Assembly (NCBI GenBank): GCA_965237415.1
Contig: CBDEFM010000002.1
Location: forward strand, 928,001 to 992,000
Length of the DNA stretch: 64,000 nucleotides
From: Alphaproteobacteria bacterium
Lineage (GTDB): Bacteria > Pseudomonadota > Alphaproteobacteria > UBA828
Direction: 5' to 3'
Shown: positions 50,672 through 61,220 of the stretch, one piece after another
How positions within the stretch are numbered: the stretch's first letter is position 1
How the letters are laid out: the number at the start of each line of letters is the position of its first letter
Made by a program: the position numbers and the translations under genes
The notes under the pieces: model-generated
What the model saw: only the letters and a program-made list of their open reading frames with translations
Databases searched by the model: none
What the model was told of the DNA's origin: nothing

Positions 50672-51489
50672 ATGAAAGAGACGCGGGTCTACATTCTCGA
50701 CGGCGGCACACTGGTGATCGACGGCTTCCATATTACTGGAACCGGGGGCCGGCGGGTGAGGTGCGCTTCCCCGTCTACAGCGTGCTGATCGATCACGCCG
50801 ACGGGCTCTATCTCTTCGACACCGGCTTCGACTGCGACCACGTGAATGCGGTGCTGCCCTTCGAGAAGCCGCTGCAATCCGAGAAGCAGACCCTGCTGGG
50901 CGCGCTCGCGCTCGCCGGCTACCGGCCGCAGGACATCGACTACGTCGTCAACTCGCACTACCACTTCGACCATTGCGGCGGGAACCGCCACCTGCGCGAG
51001 GCCTGCACCGTCTGCCACGCGCTCGAATTCGCCCAGTGCAAGGCGCCCGCGCCCTTCGAGATGCTGGGCTACTCCGACATGAGCTTCCACGCCGACCTCT
51101 ATCGTGAGCGGCTCGCGCAAGAGGGACGCGCCGTACCGGATGATCCCGAGAGCGACATCTGGACTCCGCGGGTCGAGCTCGTCAGCGGCGATCAGGAAAT
51201 CGCCAAGGGTATGCAATTGATCGAGACGCCGGGCCACACGGCGGGCCACTACAGCCTGCTTGTCGAGCTTGCCGGGCGGCGGCCGATGCTCTTCACCGCC
51301 GATGCGGCGTACACGCGCAAGGGATTGGAGCAGGAGATCATCCCGAGCTTCCACCTGGACCCGGTGAAGGCCGTCGCCTCGATGAAGCGGCTCAAGGACG
51401 TGGCAGTCGAGCGGGATGCGGAAATCTTCGTCGGCCACGACGGCGACGCCTTCGCCGGCTACGCCACCGCGCCCGCCTACTACAGTTAG
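50672..51489 (+). CDS. 4-pyridoxolactonase-like MBL-fold lactonase, apparent 1-nt frameshift at ~50733
   Basis: MKETRVYILDGGTLVIDGFH, then in another frame YWNRGPAGEVRFPVY...LPFEKP...SHYHFDHCGGN...TPGHT; closely resembles the Mesorhizobium enzyme as I recall it. Confidence 0.8.
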
Positions 51490-51494
51490 CCCGC

Positions 51495-51845
51495 ATATCT
51501 CACCGGGATCATGGTCCAATTCCCTCTTCCGTCTCGGGCAGAGCAACAAATTTTAAAGCGGGATTCGCCGGGATTAAGTGGGATTAACTGGGATAAGTGG
51601 GATTAGGTGGGATTCCATGGGGCAAAGTCGCGCACGCCCGAGGCGCGCGCGCCTGTAGGTCACGCGTGCGTCACATAGGGTCGTGCGCGCGGAATGGGAT
51701 CGCGCGCGCCCGCCCCTGATCCCGCCCGCGGCGGTCCGCTCGCACACGCTCTTCATCGCGTGATCCTGACGCAGAAGGGGCGCGCCCTGCATCGCACCAT
51801 GGTCCGGGGAATCGGGAATGGAGCGGCCCGGGCCGTCGTGAGAAG
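51495..51845. repeat. Intergenic repeat family member C, with 6 phased GGGAT units
   Basis: Collinear similarity to 21161..21595. Confidence 0.75.
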
Positions 51846-51851
51846 ACGGGG

Positions 51852-52612
51852 CTAGAGGCTGCCGTCGATCAGCGCCCGGCCGAAGAAATCGACGACGCGC
51901 AGGTAATGCGTGTTCTGGGCTTCGGGTAGCAACACGTGACCCTCGCCCTTGTAGATGTGGACTTCCGGCCTACGCCCGGCAGCGCGCAGCCGCTTCGCAA
52001 GGCGCTGCGTGCGGTCGGCACCCCAAACGGCATCCTGCTCGCCGTGGCTGATGAACAAGGGGCCGTCGTACCGCGCTCGATCTCGATCTGTGAGCCAGGT
52101 GCGAGCGCGTCGGACTCGCCGCGCCAGCGCCATGCGCGTTCGGTCGGCTTCAGCGGCAAGAGGATGCCCGTTCGGACTTTTCTGGCACTGAACGCCCCGA
52201 CAATGGTGTCGGATGGGGCGTGGACGGCGGCGGCATCCGGCAGCCCGATACTGCCATCGCGAGCCATGAGGCTGGTGACGAGAAGGGCGTGTTCGGCGCC
52301 TCTCGACGTCCCGTACAAACCGACCTGTCCGCTCGTGATGCCGCTCTCCCGCATCCAGATCAGCATGGATTCGGTTTGGTCGAGATCGACGTCGAGAATG
52401 TCGCCCGCGTGCCAGGCGTCCCCACCGCGACTGTACCCCGGCGCGATGGTGCAAAACCCGCTGCCGGCCATGAGAAGGGCTACCCACTGGGACCAGCCGG
52501 CGCGACTTCCCTCGCTGCCGTGAAGAACAACGATACCCGGACATATGGCGCCGATCGGGACATATAGTTGATGCCCCCTCGGACCCTGCTCAATTTCAAT
52601 GTCGAATGCCAC
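51852..52612 (-). pseudogene. Alpha/beta hydrolase (BAAT / dienelactone hydrolase-like), frameshift at ~52072
   Basis: LHGSEG, GTSRGAE; C-terminal YDGPLFISHGEQD...YKGEGH in another frame. Confidence 0.72.
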
Positions 52613-52890
52613 GCGGGGTGCTATTCAAGAGAACCGAGCCATCACCGTTCGAGTTCGACGATAGCCCTAACACAGTTGGTTTACCATCGAATGCCGGCGA
52701 TTTCCGTCGTGGCGGAGGCGGCCAGCCGAACGGCGCTGATGACGCCTGCCTCCCGCCGCTCGTTGGAGCGCGACGATCTCCCGCTCGCCGTCGAGCTCGA
52801 CAGATACCTTATCGAGACGATGTCGGCGAATCGGGCGGAGCCATCATCAAGCAACGCCTGAAACCCGTCGGTCCGCCGGCGCGTCGCCCC

Positions 52891-54519
52891 TCAGTTCGTC
52901 GGAAGTTCGTGATCCCGAAACATCTCGCGCAGGCGCGATTTCTGCACCTTGCCGGTGGCGGTCAGCGGCAGCTCGTCGACCAGCACCACGTCGTCGGGCA
53001 GCCACCACTTCGCCACCTTGCCGGCGAGATAGGCGTTAATAGTGTCCCGATCCGGGCTGCGGCCGTCGCGCGGCACGACGACCATGAGCGGCCGCTCCTC
53101 CCACTTCGGATGGAAAACGCCGATGACGGCCGCCTGCTTCACGTCCGGGTGCCCCATCGCCGCGTTCTCGAGATCGATCGAGCTGATCCACTCGCCGCCC
53201 GACTTGATCACGTCCTTGTTGCGGTCGGTGATGCGCATGAAGCCGTGCTCATCGAGAGTGGCGACATCGCCGGTGGGGAACCAGCCGTCCTCGTCGAGCC
53301 GGTCGCCGCCCTCGCCCTTGAAGTAGCCGCTGGCCGCCCAGTTGCCGCGCACCCACATGTCGCCAAATGTCTTGCCGTCACGCGGGACACTCCCGCCGTC
53401 CTCGCCTGTGATCTTGAGTTCGAGGCCGAACTGCACGCGGCCCTGCTGGCTGAGCACCGCCTGCCGCTCTTCGGCGGAGAGCGCGTCGATGGCGGGTGTC
53501 GCCGTCGCCAAGGTGCCGAGCGGCGAGGTCTCGGTCATGCCCCAGAGCTGGTGCACCGTCACCCCGTAGGGATCGGCCAGCCGCTCGATCATCGAGCGCG
53601 GCACCGCCGAGCCGCCGATGGCGACCCGCTCCAGGCTGTCCACCTTCTTGCCGGTCTCGTCGAGATGGTCGATCAGCATGGTGAACACAGTGGGCACGCC
53701 GAGCGCGAAGGTCACTCCCTCGCCTTCGATCAGCTCCTGCAGGCTCTGCCCGTCCAGCTTCGTGCCGGGGAGCACCATGCCTGAGCCGGTGAGGCAGCCG
53801 AGATAGGGCAGCGACCAGGCGTTGCCGTGATACATCGGCGCGATCGGCATGATCACGTCGTGCGCCGAGATGCCCATGGCGCTGTTCTGGCAGGCGGCCA
53901 TGGCGTGCAGCAGGGTCGAGCGGTGGCTGTAGAGCACGCCCTTGGGATTGCCCGTCGTGCCCGAGGTGTAGCAGAGCGACGACGCGGCGCGCTCGTCGAA
54001 GAGAGGCCACGCATAGTCCTCGCTCTCGCCCGCCAACAGTGTCTCGTAGCAGAGGACGTTGGGCTGCGCGCTCGCGGGCATGTGCTCTTCGTCGGTCATC
54101 ACGATCACATGCTCGACCGTGGTCAGCTGATCTGCGATCCGCTCCACCAGCTCGACGAAGGTGAGGTCGACGAACAGCACCCGGTCCTCGGCGTGGTTGA
54201 TGATGTAGACGATCTGCTCAGTGAAGAGCCGGGGGTTCACGGTGTGCAGCACGGCGCCCATGCCCGAGACGCCGTAAAAAAGTTCCAGGTGGCGGTAGCC
54301 GTTCCAGGCGAGCGTGCCGACCCGGTCGCCGTGCCCGATGCCGAGCCGTGCCATGACGTTGGCGACGCGCCTCGCCCGGCGCTCGCATTCGGCGTAGCCG
54401 TAGCGGTGAATCGGCCCCTCGACGGTGCGCGAGACCACTTGGCGGTCGCCGTGATACTCCGCCGCATAGCGGATCAGCGACGAGATCATCAACGGGATCT
54501 CCTGCATCAGACCCTGCAT
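52891..54519 (-). CDS. Medium/long-chain acyl-CoA ligase (DmdB/AlkK-like)
   Basis: [33 protein letters not shown]. Confidence 0.92.
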   Translation of the reverse strand: MQGLMQEIPLMISSLIRYAAEYHGDRQVVSRTVEGPIHRYGYAECERRARRVANVMARLGIGHGDRVGTLAWNGYRHLELFYGVSGMGAVLHTVNPRLFTEQIVYIINHAEDRVLFVDLTFVELVERIADQLTTVEHVIVMTDEEHMPASAQPNVLCYETLLAGESEDYAWPLFDERAASSLCYTSGTTGNPKGVLYSHRSTLLHAMAACQNSAMGISAHDVIMPIAPMYHGNAWSLPYLGCLTGSGMVLPGTKLDGQSLQELIEGEGVTFALGVPTVFTMLIDHLDETGKKVDSLERVAIGGSAVPRSMIERLADPYGVTVHQLWGMTETSPLGTLATATPAIDALSAEERQAVLSQQGRVQFGLELKITGEDGGSVPRDGKTFGDMWVRGNWAASGYFKGEGGDRLDEDGWFPTGDVATLDEHGFMRITDRNKDVIKSGGEWISSIDLENAAMGHPDVKQAAVIGVFHPKWEERPLMVVVPRDGRSPDRDTINAYLAGKVAKWWLPDDVVLVDELPLTATGKVQKSRLREMFRDHELPTN

Positions 54520-54684
54520 GGCTCCTCCTCTCACTCGGTCGGCCGGGGCCGCGCCCCTGCGCCATTATCGGCCGCCGCGGCGCCGGTCGAAAGACTTTCG
54601 CGTCTGCGGCTGATATTCTCGCCAAGCGCGCTGGACGCGGCATTCGTCCTGGCTGCGGTGTGAGAGACCGGGGAGGAGAGGATC

Positions 54685-55452
54685 GTGAGACTGGAGGGAA
54701 AGACTGCGCTTGTCACTGGGGGTTCCTCAGGCATCGGCGAGGCGATCGCGCTGAGATTCGCCGCCGAGGGAGCGCGGATCGCCGTCGCCGGCTCCTCGAG
54801 TCTGGCCAAGGCTCAGGGCGTTGTGGACAAAATCGAAGCGGCGGGCGGAGCGGCCCAGGCCTTTGTCGCCGACGTGCGCGATGTGAACGCGGTCAAGTCA
54901 TTGGTTGCCGACGTGAAGGCGGCCTTCGGGCGCATCGACATCCTGGTCAACTCGGCCGGCATCTTCGAGCCCAATTTCATCGGCGAGACGACCGAGAGCC
55001 AGTACGACGAGATGATGGACATCAACGTCAAGGGCTCCTTCTTCACCATCAACGAGGTCGCGCCCATCATGATCGAGCAGGGCGGCGGCAAGATCGTCAA
55101 CCTCTCGTCGGTGACGGGGATCATGGGGTTCAAGACCTTCTCCGTCTATTGCGCGACGAAGGCGGCGATCAACCTTCTCACCCGCTCGCTGGCGCTGGAG
55201 CTCAGCCCCCACAACATCGCGGTGAACGCGATCCTTCCCGGCAACACGGCGACGCCGATGAACGAGAAGATTCGCACCGAGCCGCAGTTCAAGGAGATGC
55301 TGGAGGGCATGAGCGCGGTGACGCCAAGCACGCGGACCTATTCGGATGCCGACGACATGGCCTCTGCCGCGCTCTTCCTCTGCTCCGAGGACGGCCGTGC
55401 CGCCCACGGTTCGCTCATGCTGCTCGACGAGGGCATCTCCTGCGGCGTCTGA
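54685..55452 (+). CDS. SDR family oxidoreductase
   Basis: TGGSSGIG, NSAG, YCATK. Confidence 0.92.
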   Translation: MRLEGKTALVTGGSSGIGEAIALRFAAEGARIAVAGSSSLAKAQGVVDKIEAAGGAAQAFVADVRDVNAVKSLVADVKAAFGRIDILVNSAGIFEPNFIGETTESQYDEMMDINVKGSFFTINEVAPIMIEQGGGKIVNLSSVTGIMGFKTFSVYCATKAAINLLTRSLALELSPHNIAVNAILPGNTATPMNEKIRTEPQFKEMLEGMSAVTPSTRTYSDADDMASAALFLCSEDGRAAHGSLMLLDEGISCGV

Positions 55453-55462
55453 GCGCCCGGCC

Positions 55463-56071
55463 GTGAATGCGCCTGCGGAGGAAGCCGTTCCGGCGGGCAA
55501 GCTGCGCTCGGTGGTGACTCATCTCGCGATGGAGGCGCTGCCGACGCAGGCGCTCCCTCCCCCGCCGGCGCCCGGCATGGCCATCGCCCGCCGGCAAGCC
55601 ATGTCGGCCGCCGATTACCTGCGTCTCTACCACGCGATCGGCGATGACTGGCTCTGGTGGAGCCGGTTGACGATGGACGAGCCCACGCTCACCGTCCATC
55701 TCGCGGAGGACGAGATGGAGGTCTATGTGGCGGAGGCCGACGGCGAAGAGATCGGCCTCATCGAGCTGAACCTACGGACATCGCCGGATATCGAGCTGCG
55801 TTACCTGGGCGTCATTCCCTCCCGGATCGGCACCGGGCTCGGCGGCTGGCTGCTCGCCTATGCGATCGCCGCCGCCTCGCGCCACCGGCCGCGCCGTATG
55901 ATCCTCAACACCTGCTCCCTGGATCACCCCGGTACCCTCGCCTTCTACCAGCGACACGGCTTCGCCATCACGCATAGCGAAGTCGAGATCGTCGACGACC
56001 CCAGGCTCGTCGGTCTCCTGCCCCGCGATGCGGCACCCCATGTTCCCTTGGCACGCCCAGCCGATGGCTGA
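55463..56071 (+). CDS. GNAT family acetyltransferase
   Basis: IGTGLGGWLL motif A; NTCSLDHP..L.FYQRHGF. Confidence 0.85.
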   Translation: MNAPAEEAVPAGKLRSVVTHLAMEALPTQALPPPPAPGMAIARRQAMSAADYLRLYHAIGDDWLWWSRLTMDEPTLTVHLAEDEMEVYVAEADGEEIGLIELNLRTSPDIELRYLGVIPSRIGTGLGGWLLAYAIAAASRHRPRRMILNTCSLDHPGTLAFYQRHGFAITHSEVEIVDDPRLVGLLPRDAAPHVPLARPADG

Positions 56072-56126
56072 TTGGGCGTCTGAGCGCCGCTTGTCGCCCA
56101 CAGCCTCCACTCGCTAGATTGGGCCT

Positions 56127-56918
56127 ATGACTGACACGAAAAGCGACGCGGCCGCACAGGCCATCTGGAAGGCCTGGAGCGGCCATCACCTGATCGACGG
56201 CCTGCCCGAGGCGTGCCGCCCAAGCACGACCGCCGAGGGCTACGCGGTGCAGGAGGCGCTCGCGCGCCTCGCCGGCGCGCAGCCGGTCGGCTGGAAGATC
56301 GCGGCCACGAGCGCGGCGGGCCAGAAGCATATCGGCGTGGACGGCCCCCTCGCCGGGCGCCTGTGGGAGAGCAAGCTCCACCAGAGCGGCACGAAGCTTC
56401 CGGCCGGCCACCTCCACATGGCGGTGGTCGAGGCGGAGTTCGCGTTCCGCTTAGGCCGGGACCTCCCTGGCGGCAACGGCGACTACTCTGTGGAGGCGGT
56501 GATGGATGCAGTGGCGGCGCTCCATCCGGCCATCGAGATTCCGGATTCGCGCTTCAGCGACTTCACGGTCGTGGGCGCCGCCCAGCTCATCGCCGACAAC
56601 GGCTGTACCGAATACTGCGTGCTCGGGCCGGAGGCGCCGGCAGGCTGGCGCGACATCGACCTCGCCGCCCATCCGGTCGTCGTCTCCATCGATGGCGAGG
56701 AGGCCGTCACCGGCAAGGGCGCGAACGCCCTCGGCGACCCGCGCATCGCGCTCACCTGGCTCGCGAACGACCGTGTCCGCCACGGTGTGCCGCTCGCAGC
56801 CGGCGACGTCATCATCACCGGCACCTGCATCGTGCCGGCGCCGATTGCGCACAAGAAGCACGTGCGCGCCGACTTCGGGGCGCTCGGATCGGTCGAGGTG
56901 GCGCTGGCTTCGTTCTAG
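56127..56918 (+). CDS. 2-keto-4-pentenoate hydratase-like (FAH family)
   Basis: GWKIAATS, VEAEFAF, IEIPDSR, IADN, GDVIITGT. Confidence 0.88.
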   Translation: MTDTKSDAAAQAIWKAWSGHHLIDGLPEACRPSTTAEGYAVQEALARLAGAQPVGWKIAATSAAGQKHIGVDGPLAGRLWESKLHQSGTKLPAGHLHMAVVEAEFAFRLGRDLPGGNGDYSVEAVMDAVAALHPAIEIPDSRFSDFTVVGAAQLIADNGCTEYCVLGPEAPAGWRDIDLAAHPVVVSIDGEEAVTGKGANALGDPRIALTWLANDRVRHGVPLAAGDVIITGTCIVPAPIAHKKHVRADFGALGSVEVALASF

Positions 56919-57162
56919 CCGGGGTCCGTTCCAGCGGGCGCAGGCCGGCGGGCGCCGACGAGCCAGCCGAACAAGAGCGTCGCCAAGGCGCGATCGTCGG
57001 TCATGCTCATGCTTCGATTGTTCCCGAATTACCGAAATACACTTGTGACGCCTTTGTTGCGATTGCGTGACACCCCTTCCTCTTGCGCGTTCAGGACACC
57101 CGGTTTGACCCCCGCCCGCGGCGGTGAATAATCGGCGACGATCCAACCGGCAGGAGCACGCG

Positions 57163-59202
57163 GTGGGCCGACTGGCGACCGATATCGGCGGGACCTTTAC
57201 CGACCTCGTCTACTTCGATGAGGAGACCGGCGCGCTCAGCGTCGCCAAGGCTCTCAGCACGCCGGACGATCTCACGCGGGGCGTGCTGGATACCATCGAC
57301 CAGGCCGGGCTCGATGCGGGCGCCGTGGACTACTTCGTCCATGGCGGCACGACGGTGATCAACGCGATCACCGAGCGGACAGGCGCGAAGACCGCGTTGG
57401 TCACCACCGAGGGCTTTCGGGATGTGCTGGAGATCGCGCGCGGCAACCGCCCCGATCTCTACAATCTGCGCTACCGCAAGGAAGTCCCCTTCGTGCCGCG
57501 CCGGCTGCGCTTCGAGGTGCGCGAGCGGGTCGACGCCAAGGGCCGGGTCCGCGTGCCGCTGCATCTCGAAGACCTGGACCGCGTGATCGAGGTGTGCAGG
57601 GCCGAGGCGGTGGAGGCCATCGCCATCCAGTTCCTCCACTCCTACGCCGCGCCCGAACACGAGGAGAAAACCGCGGCCTATCTGCGGCAGCGACTCAATG
57701 GCGTCGCAGTCACCGCCTCCCACGAGATCACGCGCGAGTGGCGCGAGTACGAGCGTGCGAACACGGCCGTGCTCAACGCCTACGTGCAGCCCATCGTGCA
57801 ACGCTACTTCGACACGCTGGAGGCCGGCCTCGACGCCCTCTCCCTCGACTGCCCGATGATGGCGATGCAGTCGAACGGCGGGACCACGAGCTTCGGCTGG
57901 GCCAGGGAGCACCCGATCACGCTGCTGGAATCGGGCCCGGCGGCGGGCGTCAACGGTGCCGCCCTGATCGGGCGCCTCTGCAACGAGCCCAATGTGATCT
58001 ATCTCGACATCGGCGGCACGACAGCCAAGTGCTCCACCATCGAGGACGGCGAGCCCAAGATCACCACCGACTACCGGCTCGAAGCGACGCGCATCCGCTA
58101 CGGCTATCCGGTGCGGGTCCCGGTAATCGACATCGTTGAGATCGGCGCGGGCGGCGGCTCGATCGCCTGGTTCGACGAGGGCGGCACGCTCTGCGTGGGC
58201 CCCCGCAGCGCCGGTGCCGATCCCGGCCCCGCGTGCTATGGACGCGGCGGCAGCGAGCCCACCGTGACCGACGCCAAGCTCATCACCGGCGTGCTGAATC
58301 CTGCGAACTTCGCGGGTGGGCGGCTCTTGCTCGACATCGACCGCGCCCGCACCGCCATGGGCAAGGTCGCCGATGGCCTTGGCTGCAGCGTCGACGAAGC
58401 GGCGGTCGCCGTGATTCGCCTGGTCGATGCCAACATGATCAACGCGCTCAAGCTGGTGTCGATCCAGCGGGGCCACGACCCGCGCGACTTCGCGTTGATG
58501 GTGGGCGGCGGCGGCGGCGCCATGCACGGCGCGAGCCTCGGCCGCGAGCTCGGCGTGAAGGAGATCGCCGTGCCGCGCTTCCCCGGCCTCTTTTCGGCCT
58601 GGGGAATGCTGGCGACCGCGCCCCGCCGGGACTTCATGCGCACAGCGCTACAGCGCGCCGAGTCTCTCGAAATCGCTGACGTGCGCACCCTCTTCGCCGA
58701 GCTGCGCGAGGAGGCGGAACGCTATTTCCACTCGGAAGGCGGGCACGATACGTTCACCAGCGCCTGCCACATCGACATGCGCTATGCCGGTCAGGAGCAC
58801 GCGGTGACGGTGCCGATCGACCTCGACCGGACGACCCGCGACTCGCTCCTCGACTCATTCCACGCTGCGCACGAGCGCGCCTACACCTTCCGCCTCGCGG
58901 ACACGCCGGTCGAGCTTGTCACCTTCCGCCTCACCGCCACCGCCGACGTCGCCCGGCCGGAGCTTACGCCTTGGGCTGCGGAGGGCCGCTCCGCCCAAGC
59001 GGCGGCGCGCGGTATACGCTCGGTCGATTTCGGCGAGGAAGGCCGTCACGAGACCCGTGTCTACGACCGCGATCTGCTGCCGCCGGGATTCGAGGCGGAC
59101 GGTCCGGTCATCGTCGAGGAGCCGTCATCGACGACGCTGGTGTGCCCCGGCCAGCGCGTGCGGGTCGACGATCTGGGGTTTCTCAGGATTACCGAGACGT
59201 GA
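57163..59202 (+). CDS. Hydantoinase/oxoprolinase subunit A (HyuA-like)
   Basis: DIGGTFTD, SGPAAG, DIGGTT, GAGGGSIA, SAGADPGPACY. Confidence 0.92.
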   Translation: MGRLATDIGGTFTDLVYFDEETGALSVAKALSTPDDLTRGVLDTIDQAGLDAGAVDYFVHGGTTVINAITERTGAKTALVTTEGFRDVLEIARGNRPDLYNLRYRKEVPFVPRRLRFEVRERVDAKGRVRVPLHLEDLDRVIEVCRAEAVEAIAIQFLHSYAAPEHEEKTAAYLRQRLNGVAVTASHEITREWREYERANTAVLNAYVQPIVQRYFDTLEAGLDALSLDCPMMAMQSNGGTTSFGWAREHPITLLESGPAAGVNGAALIGRLCNEPNVIYLDIGGTTAKCSTIEDGEPKITTDYRLEATRIRYGYPVRVPVIDIVEIGAGGGSIAWFDEGGTLCVGPRSAGADPGPACYGRGGSEPTVTDAKLITGVLNPANFAGGRLLLDIDRARTAMGKVADGLGCSVDEAAVAVIRLVDANMINALKLVSIQRGHDPRDFALMVGGGGGAMHGASLGRELGVKEIAVPRFPGLFSAWGMLATAPRRDFMRTALQRAESLEIADVRTLFAELREEAERYFHSEGGHDTFTSACHIDMRYAGQEHAVTVPIDLDRTTRDSLLDSFHAAHERAYTFRLADTPVELVTFRLTATADVARPELTPWAAEGRSAQAAARGIRSVDFGEEGRHETRVYDRDLLPPGFEADGPVIVEEPSSTTLVCPGQRVRVDDLGFLRITET

Positions 59203-59227
59203 ACCGTCAGTGACCGACCCTGCCGGC

Positions 59228-60223
59228 ATGCGGGCCATGGTTTATCGCGGCGGCGGCCGTCCGCTCGCCATGGAGGAGAGGCCTGTTCCCGAGCCCGGCG
59301 CGGGCGAAGTTCTGGTCCGGGTTTCGGCCTGCGGTGTCTGCCGCACCGATCTCCACGTGGTGGACGGCGACCTCACCGAGCCCCGGCTTCCGGTCGTGCC
59401 GGGGCACGAGGTGGTGGGACGCATCGCGGCCCTCGGCGCCGGCGTCGAGCGGTTCCGCGAGGGCGAGCGCGTCGGCATCCCCTGGCTCGGCTGGACCTGC
59501 GGCACCTGCCGCTATTGTCGGAGCGGGCGGGAGAACCTGTGCCCGGACGCGCTCTTCACCGGCTACACGCGGGACGGCGGCTATGGCGACTACTGCATCG
59601 CCGACGAGCGCTACTGCCTGCCCGTGGGCGGCGACCGGAGCGATGCCGAGGCGGCACCGCTGCTCTGCGCCGGGCTCATCGGATACCGCGCGCTCTCGAT
59701 GGCGGGCAATGGCGAGCGCCTCGGCCTCTACGGCTTCGGCGCGGCGGCCCACATCATCGCCCAGGTCGCGCGCACCCAAGGCCGGCGGGTGTTCGCCTTC
59801 GTCCGGCCGGGCGACCGGGCGGCGATCGACTTTGCGCTCGGCCTCGGAGCCGAATGGGCCGGATCGTCTGACGAGGCGCCGCCGGAAGAACTCGACGCGG
59901 CGCTCCTGTTCGCGCCGGTCGGTGCCCTCGTGCCGGCAGCGCTCCGCGCGATCGCGCCCGGCGGCACCGTGGTCTGCGCCGGCATTCACATGAGCGACAT
60001 TCCCGCCTTCCCCTACGAGCTTCTCTGGCGGGAGCGAAGCATCGTCTCGGTCGCCAATCTCACGCGGCGCGACGGCGAAGAGTTCTTGGAACTCGCCGCG
60101 CGGACGGCGATCGAGATGCACGTCGAGCCCATGCCGCTTGCCGAGGCCAACACCGCCCTCGACCGCCTGCGCTCGGGCTGCCTCCAGGGCGCTGCCGTGC
60201 TCACGATGGACGAGCGCGTCTGA
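59228..60223 (+). CDS. Zinc-dependent alcohol dehydrogenase
   Basis: CGVCRTDLH, GHE, CGTCRYC...ENLC, GFGAAA. Confidence 0.92.
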   Translation: MRAMVYRGGGRPLAMEERPVPEPGAGEVLVRVSACGVCRTDLHVVDGDLTEPRLPVVPGHEVVGRIAALGAGVERFREGERVGIPWLGWTCGTCRYCRSGRENLCPDALFTGYTRDGGYGDYCIADERYCLPVGGDRSDAEAAPLLCAGLIGYRALSMAGNGERLGLYGFGAAAHIIAQVARTQGRRVFAFVRPGDRAAIDFALGLGAEWAGSSDEAPPEELDAALLFAPVGALVPAALRAIAPGGTVVCAGIHMSDIPAFPYELLWRERSIVSVANLTRRDGEEFLELAARTAIEMHVEPMPLAEANTALDRLRSGCLQGAAVLTMDERV

Positions 60224-60226
60224 AAC

Positions 60227-61102
60227 TCAGAGAGCGACCCCCATTTGGGCCATTACCGCCCGCGCGAGGTCGCTCTCAGGGTCGCGCAGCTGATCGGCCA
60301 TGGTGAAGTGATTGAAGCCGGGGAGCTCCAGCCGGCTGAGCGGATAACCCAACGCCTCCCACACCGCGGCCATGGCATCGGCCTGGCGCTCATATTCGTC
60401 GGACTCAATGTCGCCCGAGACCAGCATCAGCGGCGCAGCCACCGGGTAGCGCTGTGCAACGGGGCTGTTCCGCCGCGCTTCCGCCTCGTCCATGCCGACC
60501 TTGTCGTTGAGGTAGCAGAGCCGAATGGGCTCCAGGTCGTAGATACCCGAGATCGAAACCGCGCTCTTGACGAGGTCGGCAGGCAAGTCGGCACCGAAGC
60601 CCGGCCAGTCGGTCGCCAGCAGCATGGCAACGAGATGCCCGCCCGCCGACTGGCCGAGCGCGTGGATGCGGGCGGGATCGCCGCCGAAGGATGCGGCATT
60701 GCGCCAGACCCAGGCGGCAGCGGCGCGGTTCTGGCGCACGATCTCGTCCATCCGGTAGTCGGGGGCAAGGCCGTAATTGATGACGACGGTCGCCACCCCG
60801 TGAGGCCGGCAGCCTTCCGCCACGAAACTGTCGTGATGCTTGTCGAGCGAATACCAGTAGCCGCCGTGGATCATGATCAGGATCGGCGCTCCGGGATGCT
60901 CCGCCGGGAAGATGTCCAGCGTCTCGACGGGAAGATCGCCGTAGGGGACGTCCCGCGCGCCCGGCAGCGCTGCGCGGGTCTGCGCGCTCCAGGCCAGCCA
61001 GCGGTCGAAATAGTCGACATACTCGGGGATCCTCGCCCGGTTGTTGTACTGCGCGTCGAGCGCCGCCCGATCGTAGCCCCGATAGATCGCCTCTCCGCTC
61101 AT
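60227..61102 (-). CDS. Alpha/beta hydrolase (arylformamidase-like)
   Basis: HGGYW, GQSAGGH, SGIYDL, NHF. Confidence 0.87.
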   Translation of the reverse strand: MSGEAIYRGYDRAALDAQYNNRARIPEYVDYFDRWLAWSAQTRAALPGARDVPYGDLPVETLDIFPAEHPGAPILIMIHGGYWYSLDKHHDSFVAEGCRPHGVATVVINYGLAPDYRMDEIVRQNRAAAAWVWRNAASFGGDPARIHALGQSAGGHLVAMLLATDWPGFGADLPADLVKSAVSISGIYDLEPIRLCYLNDKVGMDEAEARRNSPVAQRYPVAAPLMLVSGDIESDEYERQADAMAAVWEALGYPLSRLELPGFNHFTMADQLRDPESDLARAVMAQMGVAL

Positions 61103-61220
61103 GCCGCCCTCCTGCCATCCGCGGGCACGGAGTGTACCCGGTTGGCGGCGAGGCCATCGACCGCGGCGGAGTGCCGCACTACATTAGGGACCACGAGAGT
61201 CGAGCGATTGGAGCGCGCCC

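Noticed and set aside
49657-51489. 610-aa ORF as a novel fusion protein
   Set aside because: The N-terminal part is an off-frame shadow of the permease; only the part after ~50733 is the real lactonase.
52613-52890. Possible small gene or remnant (ORF 52568..52861)
   Set aside because: No recognisable motif or RBS, and it overlaps the start of the divergent hydrolase; cannot be supported.
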